Under the pieces are notes generated by a model. The model saw nothing but the letters and a program-made list of their open reading frames with translations. It was not told the origin of the DNA and searched no databases. A stretch of DNA of 64,000 bases from Anaerolineae bacterium (GTDB lineage Bacteria > Chloroflexota > Anaerolineae > Aggregatilineales > J027): contig WBUL01000001.1 in the NCBI GenBank assembly GCA_008933735.1, positions 90,057 through 154,056 of the forward strand, written 5' to 3'. Both the position numbers and the translations under genes were made by a program. Numbering within the stretch: the stretch's first letter is position 1; every line of letters begins with the position of its first letter. This document shows, piece by piece, positions 47,901-55,801 of the stretch.

Positions 47901-50786
47901 GCTGGCTACATGCACCAGCCCGGTATATTCGCCCTCAATGACAATGGGCTCAACCAGCGCCGAGCGTGCAGATTCCGGAACGGCACTCAGGTCAGACCCC
48001 AGGTAGTCACTGATAAAAACCGCTCGTTTGTCTTTCCAGGATTGTTCTTCGATCGGCACAAAGGTTTTTGCTGGGAAAACATCGCCGGCTCCGACCCGTT
48101 TTTCTACAAGCGGACGCTTTTCGTCATACCACTCGTTTGGAGGTGCAAGCAGCAGAACTGTAACATCATCCGCCGCCGTTCCCTGCAAAACCTCACTACG
48201 AACGATCTCTAAAATACGATCAAGGTCAAGGCTTTCCGACAGATTAATGCTGATCCGATCAAGAGCATTGAGCTCATCGACCCGATTCCGCAAATCTTTG
48301 TCCGTTGCCTGGTAAAGGCGCGTTCGTTCAACAGCAGAGGCAATCTGCGCGGCAACCGCGTTCAGCAGGGCCACATCATTGTCTGTGAAGATGCCGTCAT
48401 GTTTATTCCCGACCGACAATTCTCCTATGACCCGATTCTGGAACACCACTGGAATGGTGACCGTATTGGTCAAATGCAGTTCATCAATGACCACTCGGTA
48501 GGCTGAAAGCACCCGCTTATCCCGATTAACGTTGTCGGAACGGAAGGGACGACGTGAAAGCACTACACTATCGGAAAAGCCGGGGCTAAAAATATCCAGA
48601 CGGAAGTCCTGGCTAAGCTTTCTACCGTAAACATTTTCCGGCTTATAAACAAGATCACCTTTTTCGCTATCCAGAAGTCCCAGCGCAGCCATCTCACAAT
48701 TCAGTAAGGCGGTTGTTTCCCCAAGTACCTGTTGGATAATGTCTTCAAGCCGGACTGCGCCAGAGACAATTTCAGCGATTTTCCGCAGCCCATCGGCCTC
48801 AACAGCGCGACGGCGCGTTTCGGAATACAGACTGGCATTGTTAACAAGAACAGCCGCCTGCCCCGCAAAAAGATTCATTAACCGGGCTTCTTCTTCATCA
48901 AAATCATGCCCATCCGAGTCATTGGCAACAACCACCAGCCCAAGACGGTCACGCCCAACCTGAAGTGCCGCCACTGCCATCTTTTTCACTTCCAGTTCGG
49001 CGGCAAGGTGGCCCAGCTCAGACCGCATGATCTGCGGATCATTGAATAAATTATTGTGATACCAGTAGACTTTATTTTGCCAAAGTTCAGCGACCAGCCC
49101 ATCTACCGCCAGGGTATATTCGCTGCCATCATGGCCGTAGAAACCGGGTCGGGAAACCAGCACGTTGGCATTCGGCTCATAGAGGAAAAGACCACATTTT
49201 TGTGCCTGGATCAGGGTTGCAATGCGAGCCGTAATCTGGCGATACAATTCAGCAGGTTCATGCAGCAGTTCAACCGCCTGGGCTACCTGTTGCAAACCTT
49301 CCAATTCCTCTGCCCGGCGCTGCTCTTCTGAGTACAAACGCGCATTTTCAACAACGATCGCAACTTGAGCGGCAAAAGCAGCTAACAACTGCATATCATC
49401 ATCACTAAATCCACGTCCACTGCGGGGATTAGCGACCAGCACCGCCCCGACACGTTGATTACCCACCAACATGGGTACCACAGCAACCGAGTGCATCCGG
49501 CCTGTATTCACCAGGGTACTGATACCCAATTGCTCAACGGTTAAGTCCTGGTAAGCATCGTTGGTATACCACCAGTCACTTTCTTGCCAGAGCTTATAAC
49601 CGGGTGAACCGGGGGTGACATCCAGTTTACAGTATGGTGCCATCGGATCAACAATTCCGTACAGGGGACGCTGCCCAACCAGCTCATCGCTGTCCTCATT
49701 CACCAGCATCACCCCACACATTTCAACGCCAATCATTCCGGCAATGCTGCTGTTCAGGTGCTGGAACAACTTCGATGGTTCGGTGAGCACCGTCATCGCC
49801 TGGGCGATCTGCTGCAAGCCGCTGAGTTCTGCCACCCTGGAGGTTTGTTCACGGTACAGGCGCGAATTTTCAATGGCAACTGCCACCTGTCCGGCAAGGG
49901 TCTGCAAAAGAGTCAGGTCTTCAAAATCAAATGCATAGGCTATCCGACTGGCAAGCTCAAGCGTGCCTAAAAAACGATCCCCTACCAGCAGAGGCACCCC
50001 GACGTAACTACGGAAAGTATAGTCGGTGACCTTTGGGCGCGTTTCCTGGCGTGTCTCAGAGTCGCTGATGATAATCGGCTGGCGGTAGCGGGCAATCCAG
50101 CCCGAATACCCTTCGTCAATCCGATATGTCCCACCAGCCTTTTCCAGAGCGGCGCTGTAACCGGGATCACCCAGACGAGCGATCGGGCGCAAGAAGAACT
50201 GATCTGCGTGCCAGTAATTGATTTCGCAGTTATCATAGGGAATCAGTGTGCCAACACGATGCAGAATCGAACTCAAAGTATCTTCAAGTTCACGGGATTC
50301 AGCCAGAATGACACTGATTTCCCCGATCACGCTGACTGCTTCCACTGGGTCATACTTCTGAACCGGGGTCCCGTTCTGAGATTTCTCTTTCATAACTACA
50401 ATCATCCGGCGGCCAGTGTCCGTCGGAATAACATGCGAAGTCGCCTCAACCTGGAGTTTGCCCACGCGAAAACTGGCCAGCCCTTCCGCCGCAAAAATAT
50501 CCCGGAAGGTGTCCGATGGCTGAACCTTACGGGCCAGGAGGGTCAGATTGGGGGTTTCCCCATTCATGCCAAATAAGCGCCGTGCGCGGTCATTCATATA
50601 AACAAGATGTCCCCGTTCCTCGGAGACAATCACAGCACTTGTGTTATCTATCAGATTGACAGGGACAAGGGGTTTTGCCTGTGGATCAACCACAAATCGG
50701 CGCGTTGCCCTGAGTTCGCGCACCAGGAAAAAGAGGTACACGAGAACAAGCAGTCCCAACCCTAATAAGACAACTGTGAATACCAT
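41967..50786 (-). CDS. Giant sensor histidine kinase (2,939 aa): TM - PAS - 8x GAF - PAS - 5x GAF - PAS - HisKA - HATPase_c
   Basis: The N-terminal TM segment is VVLLGLGLLVLVYLFFLV. There are 13 repeats, each ending in the GAF C-terminal helix pattern (for example QVAVAIENSRLY, QVAIVVENARLY, NAAVAIENARLQ, QLGVAIQNARLF). The H-box is FVSTVSHELRTPMTSIKGY. The N and G boxes are MQNLADNAFNYT, DTGVGIP and GTGLGLSIV. Confidence 0.9.
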   Translation of the reverse strand: MVFTVVLLGLGLLVLVYLFFLVRELRATRRFVVDPQAKPLVPVNLIDNTSAVIVSEERGHLVYMNDRARRLFGMNGETPNLTLLARKVQPSDTFRDIFAAEGLASFRVGKLQVEATSHVIPTDTGRRMIVVMKEKSQNGTPVQKYDPVEAVSVIGEISVILAESRELEDTLSSILHRVGTLIPYDNCEINYWHADQFFLRPIARLGDPGYSAALEKAGGTYRIDEGYSGWIARYRQPIIISDSETRQETRPKVTDYTFRSYVGVPLLVGDRFLGTLELASRIAYAFDFEDLTLLQTLAGQVAVAIENSRLYREQTSRVAELSGLQQIAQAMTVLTEPSKLFQHLNSSIAGMIGVEMCGVMLVNEDSDELVGQRPLYGIVDPMAPYCKLDVTPGSPGYKLWQESDWWYTNDAYQDLTVEQLGISTLVNTGRMHSVAVVPMLVGNQRVGAVLVANPRSGRGFSDDDMQLLAAFAAQVAIVVENARLYSEEQRRAEELEGLQQVAQAVELLHEPAELYRQITARIATLIQAQKCGLFLYEPNANVLVSRPGFYGHDGSEYTLAVDGLVAELWQNKVYWYHNNLFNDPQIMRSELGHLAAELEVKKMAVAALQVGRDRLGLVVVANDSDGHDFDEEEARLMNLFAGQAAVLVNNASLYSETRRRAVEADGLRKIAEIVSGAVRLEDIIQQVLGETTALLNCEMAALGLLDSEKGDLVYKPENVYGRKLSQDFRLDIFSPGFSDSVVLSRRPFRSDNVNRDKRVLSAYRVVIDELHLTNTVTIPVVFQNRVIGELSVGNKHDGIFTDNDVALLNAVAAQIASAVERTRLYQATDKDLRNRVDELNALDRISINLSESLDLDRILEIVRSEVLQGTAADDVTVLLLAPPNEWYDEKRPLVEKRVGAGDVFPAKTFVPIEEQSWKDKRAVFISDYLGSDLSAVPESARSALVEPIVIEGEYTGLVHVASKTPNAFSSSLQEFVARVTKQSSLAVANARRYREQLRMNEMLRGRADQLSKVYTLGETIREGATLEKVLGDLARTLSQTVGFRVVLMNVWDKKTQVFRRVAQYGLTSDAFKEAQQITPTLDRIQKLLHDRWKMGSAYFLPAEYQAEWMFDGLSDEISQHITVPQEEGSHAWNPEDLFLIPFYGSDEKLLGWFSVDDPANGRRPTAATVETLEFFAAEAAFSVENYFLLENIQAEAAGTQAERDRLAQLHKVAQEIQLFSDIPSRLDAVARGIQASGWQKVRITMRDENLENTLLIHVGYKDDELPKMRAAVLPGEVWRERLADPEFQSLRLGAAYYLRYDQPWVQQYVLRGEKPVPEQVAPDEWHPQDILYLPLYGQGQSRVIGIIGLEMPVNNTRPTETDLQVIELFAVQAAAAMENTRLYLETVHQRENEQRLSVMMEAVASSLDMETVIRTLADGLQQMIAFTRMHVALPTEDGSEFHLQRVELTADGQVHLFDDKPLPARSTSVSLSYRENRALLYHLRGDTQALTYPDLRRWYEQGERITLMVPMITGGRTLGVLRLGSELENAFGFSENIDLVRRMANLSAVAIEHSRLLDDLRAEKAYSEAVVQSIQQGIIVLDTNHRITSVNAFMQQRYGWQETAVGQILYDYETEFADFLRHSIDSALAKGVPYHQFDILFDSKLKETVTGNFYTYPLRQGDAVTGVVLLIEDVSERAKLQSDLEQRAEQLRALSQVSSQITSNLDTDSVISVILQALDRVIPYDGVSLWLREGTRLRVAAAQGYKHPDVASAEELVGLYVDIDSSTLFREMSENRQVVNVGNIGANDPRFPYGEALPYKNWLGAPLIYQNAIVGVIAVEKEQPHFYSAHHEQLLLTFANQAAVSLNNAQLFEQTNQRASELRNQAQRLELLNRVAVSLAQSLDIENILEITLRETAKALEIQEAAAIKIDHENDLGRIVVEYPRGHQAPNKVYPLPDNRVVARIRETLLPFIIEDFQNSPLADDLRPFMRSPEKVRSALIVPLVVGGTVIGAMQFEVMEDYYDFSEERLEIAQTLASQAAIAVQNASLFEQSVVRTHELETLFEAAQATAITLDLNEAMRRVVSQMLSALRADACSIALWDDIENKLEIHAAINAWGDTDYADLPGTIYELSEFPVRERVLRQRQVVAMRLGQKDVDPREISLMERRGATSRLLVPLVVNDLSIGLIELEIREQNRYFETADVRLARTLASNAAVAIENARLQTETRSHIEELYIINDLSTAVSSTVDVDELFPIVRDQLPVLLDADVLYVALFDREKSTISFPIAVQSEGGDLTLPPLPMGNDEFSYVIRRKGPLLLAGSQMVEARRSFGISDPFMPDTKCFLGVPMVSGEEVVGVLAVQDNENPRAFGLNDQRILTTVAAQLGVAIQNARLFEQTAELAQGLEIRVNERTSELDQERERVSTLYDITSEVAASLDIQRILSVALEKVARAIGATTAVILGIDEISERLYVLHAYGEEEPVPDDMRTQLAQDEGLAGWVLENQTNVVIEDVQNDPRWLVVSDRDRRHRAAVASLLQGGDDVRGVMMLFSEKVGAFNADHLKLVAAAASQLANAMNNSELYSLIRDQAERLGAILRTEQIESTKNTAIINSVADGVMYANESGTIVLFNTAAERILQLPAERVVNRPIRELAGLYGGSGGDWLAAINRWTSDPASYMEGDFVELAIELGDGRTINVRLSPVNMGDQFLGTVSVIRDITQLMEVDRLKTEFVSTVSHELRTPMTSIKGYADLLLLGAAGEISEAQQRFLETIKQNADRLSILVNDLLEVSKIDQNRVPLRFTEVEVPDLLERTRSHLEGRTQDSNKPMQINVNMDAALPKIWADYDKTLQVMQNLADNAFNYTPADGVITLVARQEGDAVVMSVSDTGVGIPKEIQDRVFDRFFRGDEYESLVLDTPGTGLGLSIVKSLVEMHKGSIWFESEVGKGTTFYVKMPTAKSS

Positions 50787-50798
50787 TGTCTGTCATCC

Positions 50799-51707
50799 TC
50801 ACCAGGACGTTTCAATTTTGCCAACCTCACTCTTGCCGCCGCGCCGCCGGACTTCCGCCGCCAGTTCGGTAATTTCCCGAATATCCGAGTAGCGCTGGTT
50901 CACATTAGATACTGAACCTGTCGCCAGCATCATGAGAGACTTTTCTTCTCCAGCATGAATGATCTTGCTGCGTTCTCGATCAATGAAAGAATAATGCTGC
51001 TGCACTTCCTGGTTAAATTTCGCAACCAGGGCCTCTTCCATCTCTCTGGATTTAGTGGAGTAGGTGACAATGATGAAATTGTCGTTGCCGGGGTGCCCCA
51101 GAAAATCGTTGGGGGTTCCGAAACTGTCCACGATTTCGCCCATCAAAAGTGCCGTAAAACGTAAGACTTCTGTCCAGGCAACAAACCCGTAAACTTCACG
51201 GAACGGGTCGCTGTTCATAATTTTTGCGTCAATATAAGTCCAGGTCGAATTTTCGGTAATTAGCTGGCGAAGTTTATCCTCGATTAACTGGCTGGTAGGC
51301 AAATTACTGCTAGGATCGGTTGATTGGTCACGCTCTGCACGCTCAATCTGGTTCTTGACCCGCAGTTTAAGTTCTTCGATGTCAAAAGGTTTGGTGATAT
51401 AATCGTCTGCCCCCAGTTCCAATCCGGCAATTCGGTCGGAACGTTCGTCTTTCTGGGTCAGGAAGATGATTGGAATATGGCTGGTGCGGGTTGTCGTTCG
51501 CAGTTCCCGGCACACATCAAAGCCGTTCATATCCGGCAGCATAATATCCAGAACAATAAGCTGCGGGAGCTGCTTGCGCGTCATGAGCAGGGCATCTCCA
51601 CCACGCGGTGCAACCTGCACATCATACCCCTGCCCCGTAAAGTAAATCCGCAGCATATTGGAGATGTCGTAATCATCTTCGACGACCAGAATACGGCCTT
51701 TGCTCAT
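50799..51707 (-). CDS. Response regulator receiver fused to a degenerate GGDEF-like domain (GNDNF in place of GGDEF)
   Basis: The receiver reads RILVVEDDYDISNML...LIVLDIMLPDMNGFD...ADDYITKPF. The C-terminal domain follows the GGDEF layout (FREVYGFVAWTEVLRF...DFLGHPGNDNFIIV). I chose the ATG at 51707, which has GGGAGG upstream, over the GTG at 51725. Confidence 0.78.
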   Translation of the reverse strand: MSKGRILVVEDDYDISNMLRIYFTGQGYDVQVAPRGGDALLMTRKQLPQLIVLDIMLPDMNGFDVCRELRTTTRTSHIPIIFLTQKDERSDRIAGLELGADDYITKPFDIEELKLRVKNQIERAERDQSTDPSSNLPTSQLIEDKLRQLITENSTWTYIDAKIMNSDPFREVYGFVAWTEVLRFTALLMGEIVDSFGTPNDFLGHPGNDNFIIVTYSTKSREMEEALVAKFNQEVQQHYSFIDRERSKIIHAGEEKSLMMLATGSVSNVNQRYSDIREITELAAEVRRRGGKSEVGKIETSW

Positions 51708-51776
51708 GCTAGCTAACCTCCCCACTTTGGGGTTTACATACGTGAAAAACCTGAGCCAGTGCGTACACTCAATGAT

Positions 51777-51805
51777 ACATTAGGATACACTTAACACCAA
51801 ATCAA
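51777..51805 (-). promoter_or_regulatory. Candidate sigma70-type promoter for the RR-HK-CheY-hydrolase operon
   Basis: On the minus strand the sequence is TTGATT, a 17-nt spacer, then TAATGT. It lies in the AT-rich 239-nt gap upstream of the response regulator gene. This is a pattern match only. Confidence 0.3.
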
Positions 51806-51946
51806 TATTAAAACGCGACTTTAACAATTTTCAGACTAAATATTAATTACGAAAGGTGAAAGGCAGCATCATGGCGTAGTCGTAACACAGTCTGGGGGAG
51901 AATACCAGAACTCCAACCTGATCTTACCGAAACTCAAACCAGTGGA

Positions 51947-53371
51947 TTACCATTCTTCAAGCATATCTTCTTCACCCATGTACGTTCGGCGCGAATAAAG
52001 ACGGCTGTGCAAGGCAGCCACCCGGTCATCAAGGGTTAGATGGTCGCTCATATCATAGGTAATTCCCTTACCAATGACACGCCTATCAGCAGAGGCAATG
52101 AGAATCACATCTGACTCAATCGTCCGTCCAGGAAAAACAATCATCCCCGCCCCAACCCGAACATTATGCCCCACGCATCCCCCTAAAACGGCCTGCCCAA
52201 CCTCAGACATCTCGCCGTAGGCATCCATCGCTTTGATGGGCGACGGCAGCAGATTAAAATCGGTAAAGGTTGTCCCCGCCCCCACAAAACTGTTCCGTCC
52301 CAGCACGCACATTTGCAGACAGGTATTTTGTGCCACAATAGTGTAGTCCATCATCGTCGTCATGAACAACGCCGCACGGAACGGTAAAAAGCAGTTCGCG
52401 CCGACCACACTCAACATTAAATGGCAGTTGTTTGCCAAAGTCGTATTATCACCAATGACACAGTTATCAATGACGACCCCCGCGCCAATTTTGCAGTTGT
52501 CTCCGATGGTTGTCGGGCCTAAGATCACGGCTGAAGGATCAATGTCGCAGTTCTTCCCTACCTTGACCAATTCTGAGCAGGAGACAAACTGGCGCTGCTC
52601 CAGAATAGAACGCCACAGGATTTTTAGCGTCAACAGGTTGCTTTTGGCGGCGGTTTCTTCAAAACGAAACCCCCTGGAAAATACTCCCAGGGGAATATTG
52701 GCATTAAAAATGTGAACCCAACTTTGGATGGGAACGCAGCTCCGCCAACTCAGAAAGTGGGTCAAATCCTGGTCGCGCCGGATCAAACTGTCACCGCTTT
52801 CCAATTCTTGCAGTTTGAGGTTGCTCATACTGTCAGGAACATTATAGTAGCCGCGCTCTTTGGCGTCCGACGGTACACGAACCACCTGCCATTCCACAGG
52901 TTCAGCCCACCCACGCGGAAAGTAATACAAGTCTATTTTATAAAACTCACCCCGGTCGTCGCTGCCTTTGTAATCTCTCAGGTTCGTCAGGGGAATGCTG
53001 TAACGTTGCCATGCGTAGTCATCCGCAGGCAGCGCCGCCTGACAGGGCCGACCCGAAGCCTGAGCTTTTTGCAAAAAATACACAAAAAATTCACGATCAA
53101 AATACAAATTATCCCGGTAGACCACCACTTCATCGTCGGGCCTTAATCCGTACCGGGGACGTTCCAACTCGTCTTTCAGTTGAAAAATGCCACCATTTTC
53201 ATTGGTCAAGCTCACTTCCAACGATGTTTTCCCGATCACACTCTCGACCAGATCATTCAGATGAAGGCCGAGGGGAACGGGTTTGCCGTTGGGGTCTAAA
53301 ACACTGAGTTCTCTGGCGGGTTCATTGAAGGGATGAATCAGAACTTCTTCGGCAATAACAAATTTCCGCAT
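51947..53371 (-). CDS. Protein with a C-terminal left-handed beta-helix (hexapeptide repeats) and an N-terminal domain of unknown function
   Basis: The imperfect hexapeptide repeats read IDPSAVILGPTTIGDNCKIGAGVVIDNCVIGDNTTLANNCHL...VGAGTTF...VGHNVRVGAGMIVFPG. The N-terminal ~270 aa are unassigned. Confidence 0.55.
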   Translation of the reverse strand: MRKFVIAEEVLIHPFNEPARELSVLDPNGKPVPLGLHLNDLVESVIGKTSLEVSLTNENGGIFQLKDELERPRYGLRPDDEVVVYRDNLYFDREFFVYFLQKAQASGRPCQAALPADDYAWQRYSIPLTNLRDYKGSDDRGEFYKIDLYYFPRGWAEPVEWQVVRVPSDAKERGYYNVPDSMSNLKLQELESGDSLIRRDQDLTHFLSWRSCVPIQSWVHIFNANIPLGVFSRGFRFEETAAKSNLLTLKILWRSILEQRQFVSCSELVKVGKNCDIDPSAVILGPTTIGDNCKIGAGVVIDNCVIGDNTTLANNCHLMLSVVGANCFLPFRAALFMTTMMDYTIVAQNTCLQMCVLGRNSFVGAGTTFTDFNLLPSPIKAMDAYGEMSEVGQAVLGGCVGHNVRVGAGMIVFPGRTIESDVILIASADRRVIGKGITYDMSDHLTLDDRVAALHSRLYSRRTYMGEEDMLEEW

Positions 53372-53425
53372 AACAAGGATTCCTCTGCTATTCCATTGTA
53401 ATGGAAAATGGTTAGGAACGCAGCG

Positions 53426-54265
53426 TTAGCGGGCGTCAAGGAAATTCAGCAGGTCGTTGATAAAACGTTCCGGGTCGTCCGCCATAGGAAAGTGCCCAGC
53501 ATTGTCAAAGAGCGAAAGTTGGGCATTTTCAATTTTGCCGACCAATTCATGCTGGTTATAGTGCACTATAATGTCTTTTTTACCATACATCCCCAGCACG
53601 GGCTGATGAATACGATGCAGTTGGTGGGTTAAATCCGTGCGTCGCAGCGTGCCAATACTCTGGAAAAACGACTGCAAATTGACCCGCGAAAGGTCGTCCA
53701 GCATCATGCGACGCACAGCGGCGCCATCATTTGCGGAAAAATACAAATACGTTCCCACAATAGCCCGCAGAATCGGATAGAATGCAAAACCTAACCCCGC
53801 CATGACGGGATTTCCACCAATCTTCAGGCCCAGATACAGGGATTCACCATTGACCGGCGACCCGACGACACCAACCCTGACAATACGCTCCGGATACTGG
53901 AGCGCACACTTGAGCGCGACGGTTCCTCCCATACTGTGTCCCACAACAGCCGCTTTAGGGATGCCCAGTCTATCCATAAACTGCCTGACCATATCCACAT
54001 AAGCATCCACTGAGAATTCCTGAACGGCCTCTTCGTTCGTACCAGCTTTGCGACTTTCCCCAAATCCCCAGAAATCCAGCGAATAAGTTCGGTATTGTTC
54101 CCCCACCTTTTCGATGGTTGGCCGCCACAACTGCCACGACCCAAGCCACCCGTGCAAAAACAGCACAGGGCGGCCTTTCCCGTACACTTCATAATGAATA
54201 ATACTGCGGTGTGGAGGATCTGTGGTCAGTAACGGCACTGTTGCATCCCAAAAAATTGCAAGCAC
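53426..54265 (-). CDS. Alpha/beta hydrolase with an intact GHSMG nucleophile elbow
   Basis: It reads HYEVYGKGRPVLFLHGWLGSWQLW...DFWGFGESR...VVGHSMGG...DNAGHFPM. It starts at GTG. Confidence 0.85.
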   Translation of the reverse strand: MLAIFWDATVPLLTTDPPHRSIIHYEVYGKGRPVLFLHGWLGSWQLWRPTIEKVGEQYRTYSLDFWGFGESRKAGTNEEAVQEFSVDAYVDMVRQFMDRLGIPKAAVVGHSMGGTVALKCALQYPERIVRVGVVGSPVNGESLYLGLKIGGNPVMAGLGFAFYPILRAIVGTYLYFSANDGAAVRRMMLDDLSRVNLQSFFQSIGTLRRTDLTHQLHRIHQPVLGMYGKKDIIVHYNQHELVGKIENAQLSLFDNAGHFPMADDPERFINDLLNFLDAR

Positions 54266-54310
54266 CAGGTACTTGCAAAAAACGACACTGCTCGAATAGC
54301 GGCGTGCAGC

Positions 54311-54853
54311 TTAAGATTCCATTTCTTCCAGGATCGAATACAACAGTTCCAGAAGGACGACCTTGACCGATTCCTTGTCTTTCGCAACACAAGGCAGCAG
54401 TTTGACGTTATCTTCAATCCGAAGCGCAATTCGCAAATCTTCTGGAGACCAGGCGTCGGGGTGATCCTGCTTGTTTGCGGCTACAACATAAGGGGTTGGC
54501 GCATAGGCGCGGAAAGTTTCCAGAATGCTTTTCGCTTCACGGAATGTCTCTGGCTTGGCACTATCGACCATGACCACAAACCCCAGCATCCCTTCTGCCA
54601 GAATTTCCCACATGAAGTCAAAACGACGCTGGCCGGGTGTCCCAAATAAATACAGTACAAGGTCATCTCCCACCGTGATCCGACCAAAGTCCATCGCTAC
54701 GGTCGTATCCGGCTTTTCCTGCGATTCCGGGGAGGAGTCCGAAATTTTGCGATCAGTCGAAACCACATCGATCTCACTCACCGCCTGAATGAACTGGGTT
54801 TTCCCCGCACTGAAGGGCCCGGTCACGACCATTTTTACAGTCTGCATTGGCAT
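54311..54853 (-). CDS. Small Ras-like GTPase (MglA/CvnD-like)
   Basis: The G1 motif is GPFSAGKT, G3 is FGTPGQ (Thr in place of Asp, as in MglA-type GTPases), and G4 is ANKQD. I chose the ATG at 54853, which has AGAGG upstream, over the TTG at 54889. Confidence 0.8.
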   Translation of the reverse strand: MPMQTVKMVVTGPFSAGKTQFIQAVSEIDVVSTDRKISDSSPESQEKPDTTVAMDFGRITVGDDLVLYLFGTPGQRRFDFMWEILAEGMLGFVVMVDSAKPETFREAKSILETFRAYAPTPYVVAANKQDHPDAWSPEDLRIALRIEDNVKLLPCVAKDKESVKVVLLELLYSILEEMES

Positions 54854-54898
54854 AAGCGCTTCGCCTCTACACTCATTCGATAATAGCAAAGGATGAAA

Positions 54899-55801
54899 TT
54901 AAATGGTTTTGATTTTCTCAATTAAACGGTTGACAACCGCTTTGCTCGGCGCACCATCTTTGCTGGGTCGCAGTCCGGCGGCGGCGGGTGCTTTTTTCTG
55001 GACTTTGGCGGCACTTGGCGGCTTTACCAATTCGACCAACCCGGCTTCCAGGAGGGCATGAACCACCCGCCGAATTTCGGTATCGGTCATATTGCAGGCT
55101 TTGGCGATCTGACGAATTGAGTTTTTAGGATTCACGAACCCAACCACACGCCATTCCGCTGTACTAAGCTGAATATCTTTGAATTTCTCGCCAGGAGAGT
55201 CCGGAAATTTCAGAGCAAAATCCAGATTGGGTAGTTCTTCTTCCAGCCGCTTCTGATCATGAATACGGCGTGATCCTTCAATAATGACGTTTTCGAGATT
55301 GATAGGAACAGTAATCCGCTCATCGGGCATCGCCGCCGTATCATCAAACAAAAACGGCTCTTTGTCCCAGGTCATCAAATCAAAAACAATATCCACTGTA
55401 TGTTTCTGGATGCTCTGGATAATTTGCTGTTTGGTCACGTAATTGGCATTGATGAGCATTAACGCCAGGGCCTTGTCAGAATGACTCTTGCCCCGATCAC
55501 GGATAATACGCGACTGTTCATCACTGAGCCTGCCCGATTTGTGCAGCACGCTGGTTAAATCACCACTTTTGTCCTTCATTGAGGCGAACATCAGTTTCCC
55601 CTCTTTGAAAATTACTTCGGCTCGCTGCTCCCCCGGTACAAGTTCAGGGATTTTGGTCTGGCCGTCGCCAAGCGTTAACATCTTGCCGCTTTCAATGCCC
55701 TCATAGATATGCAAAACGCCTGTTTTTTTGGCAAGATTAATCAGATTCAGAAGTTGGGTCGTACTGAATACACTTAAAGTACCTTTGAGTGGCATAGGCA
55801 A
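54899..55801 (-). CDS. DUF4388 (PatA-N-like) domain protein with a C-terminal winged-helix region resembling DUF742/CvnC
   Basis: The N-terminus is LKGTLSVFSTTQLLNLINLAKKTGVLHI. The C-terminus is AEWRVVGFVNPKNSIRQIAKACNMTDTEIRRVVHALLEAGLVELV. The start is either the TTG at 55801 or the ATG at 55795. Confidence 0.6.
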   Translation of the reverse strand: MPMPLKGTLSVFSTTQLLNLINLAKKTGVLHIYEGIESGKMLTLGDGQTKIPELVPGEQRAEVIFKEGKLMFASMKDKSGDLTSVLHKSGRLSDEQSRIIRDRGKSHSDKALALMLINANYVTKQQIIQSIQKHTVDIVFDLMTWDKEPFLFDDTAAMPDERITVPINLENVIIEGSRRIHDQKRLEEELPNLDFALKFPDSPGEKFKDIQLSTAEWRVVGFVNPKNSIRQIAKACNMTDTEIRRVVHALLEAGLVELVKPPSAAKVQKKAPAAAGLRPSKDGAPSKAVVNRLIEKIKTI

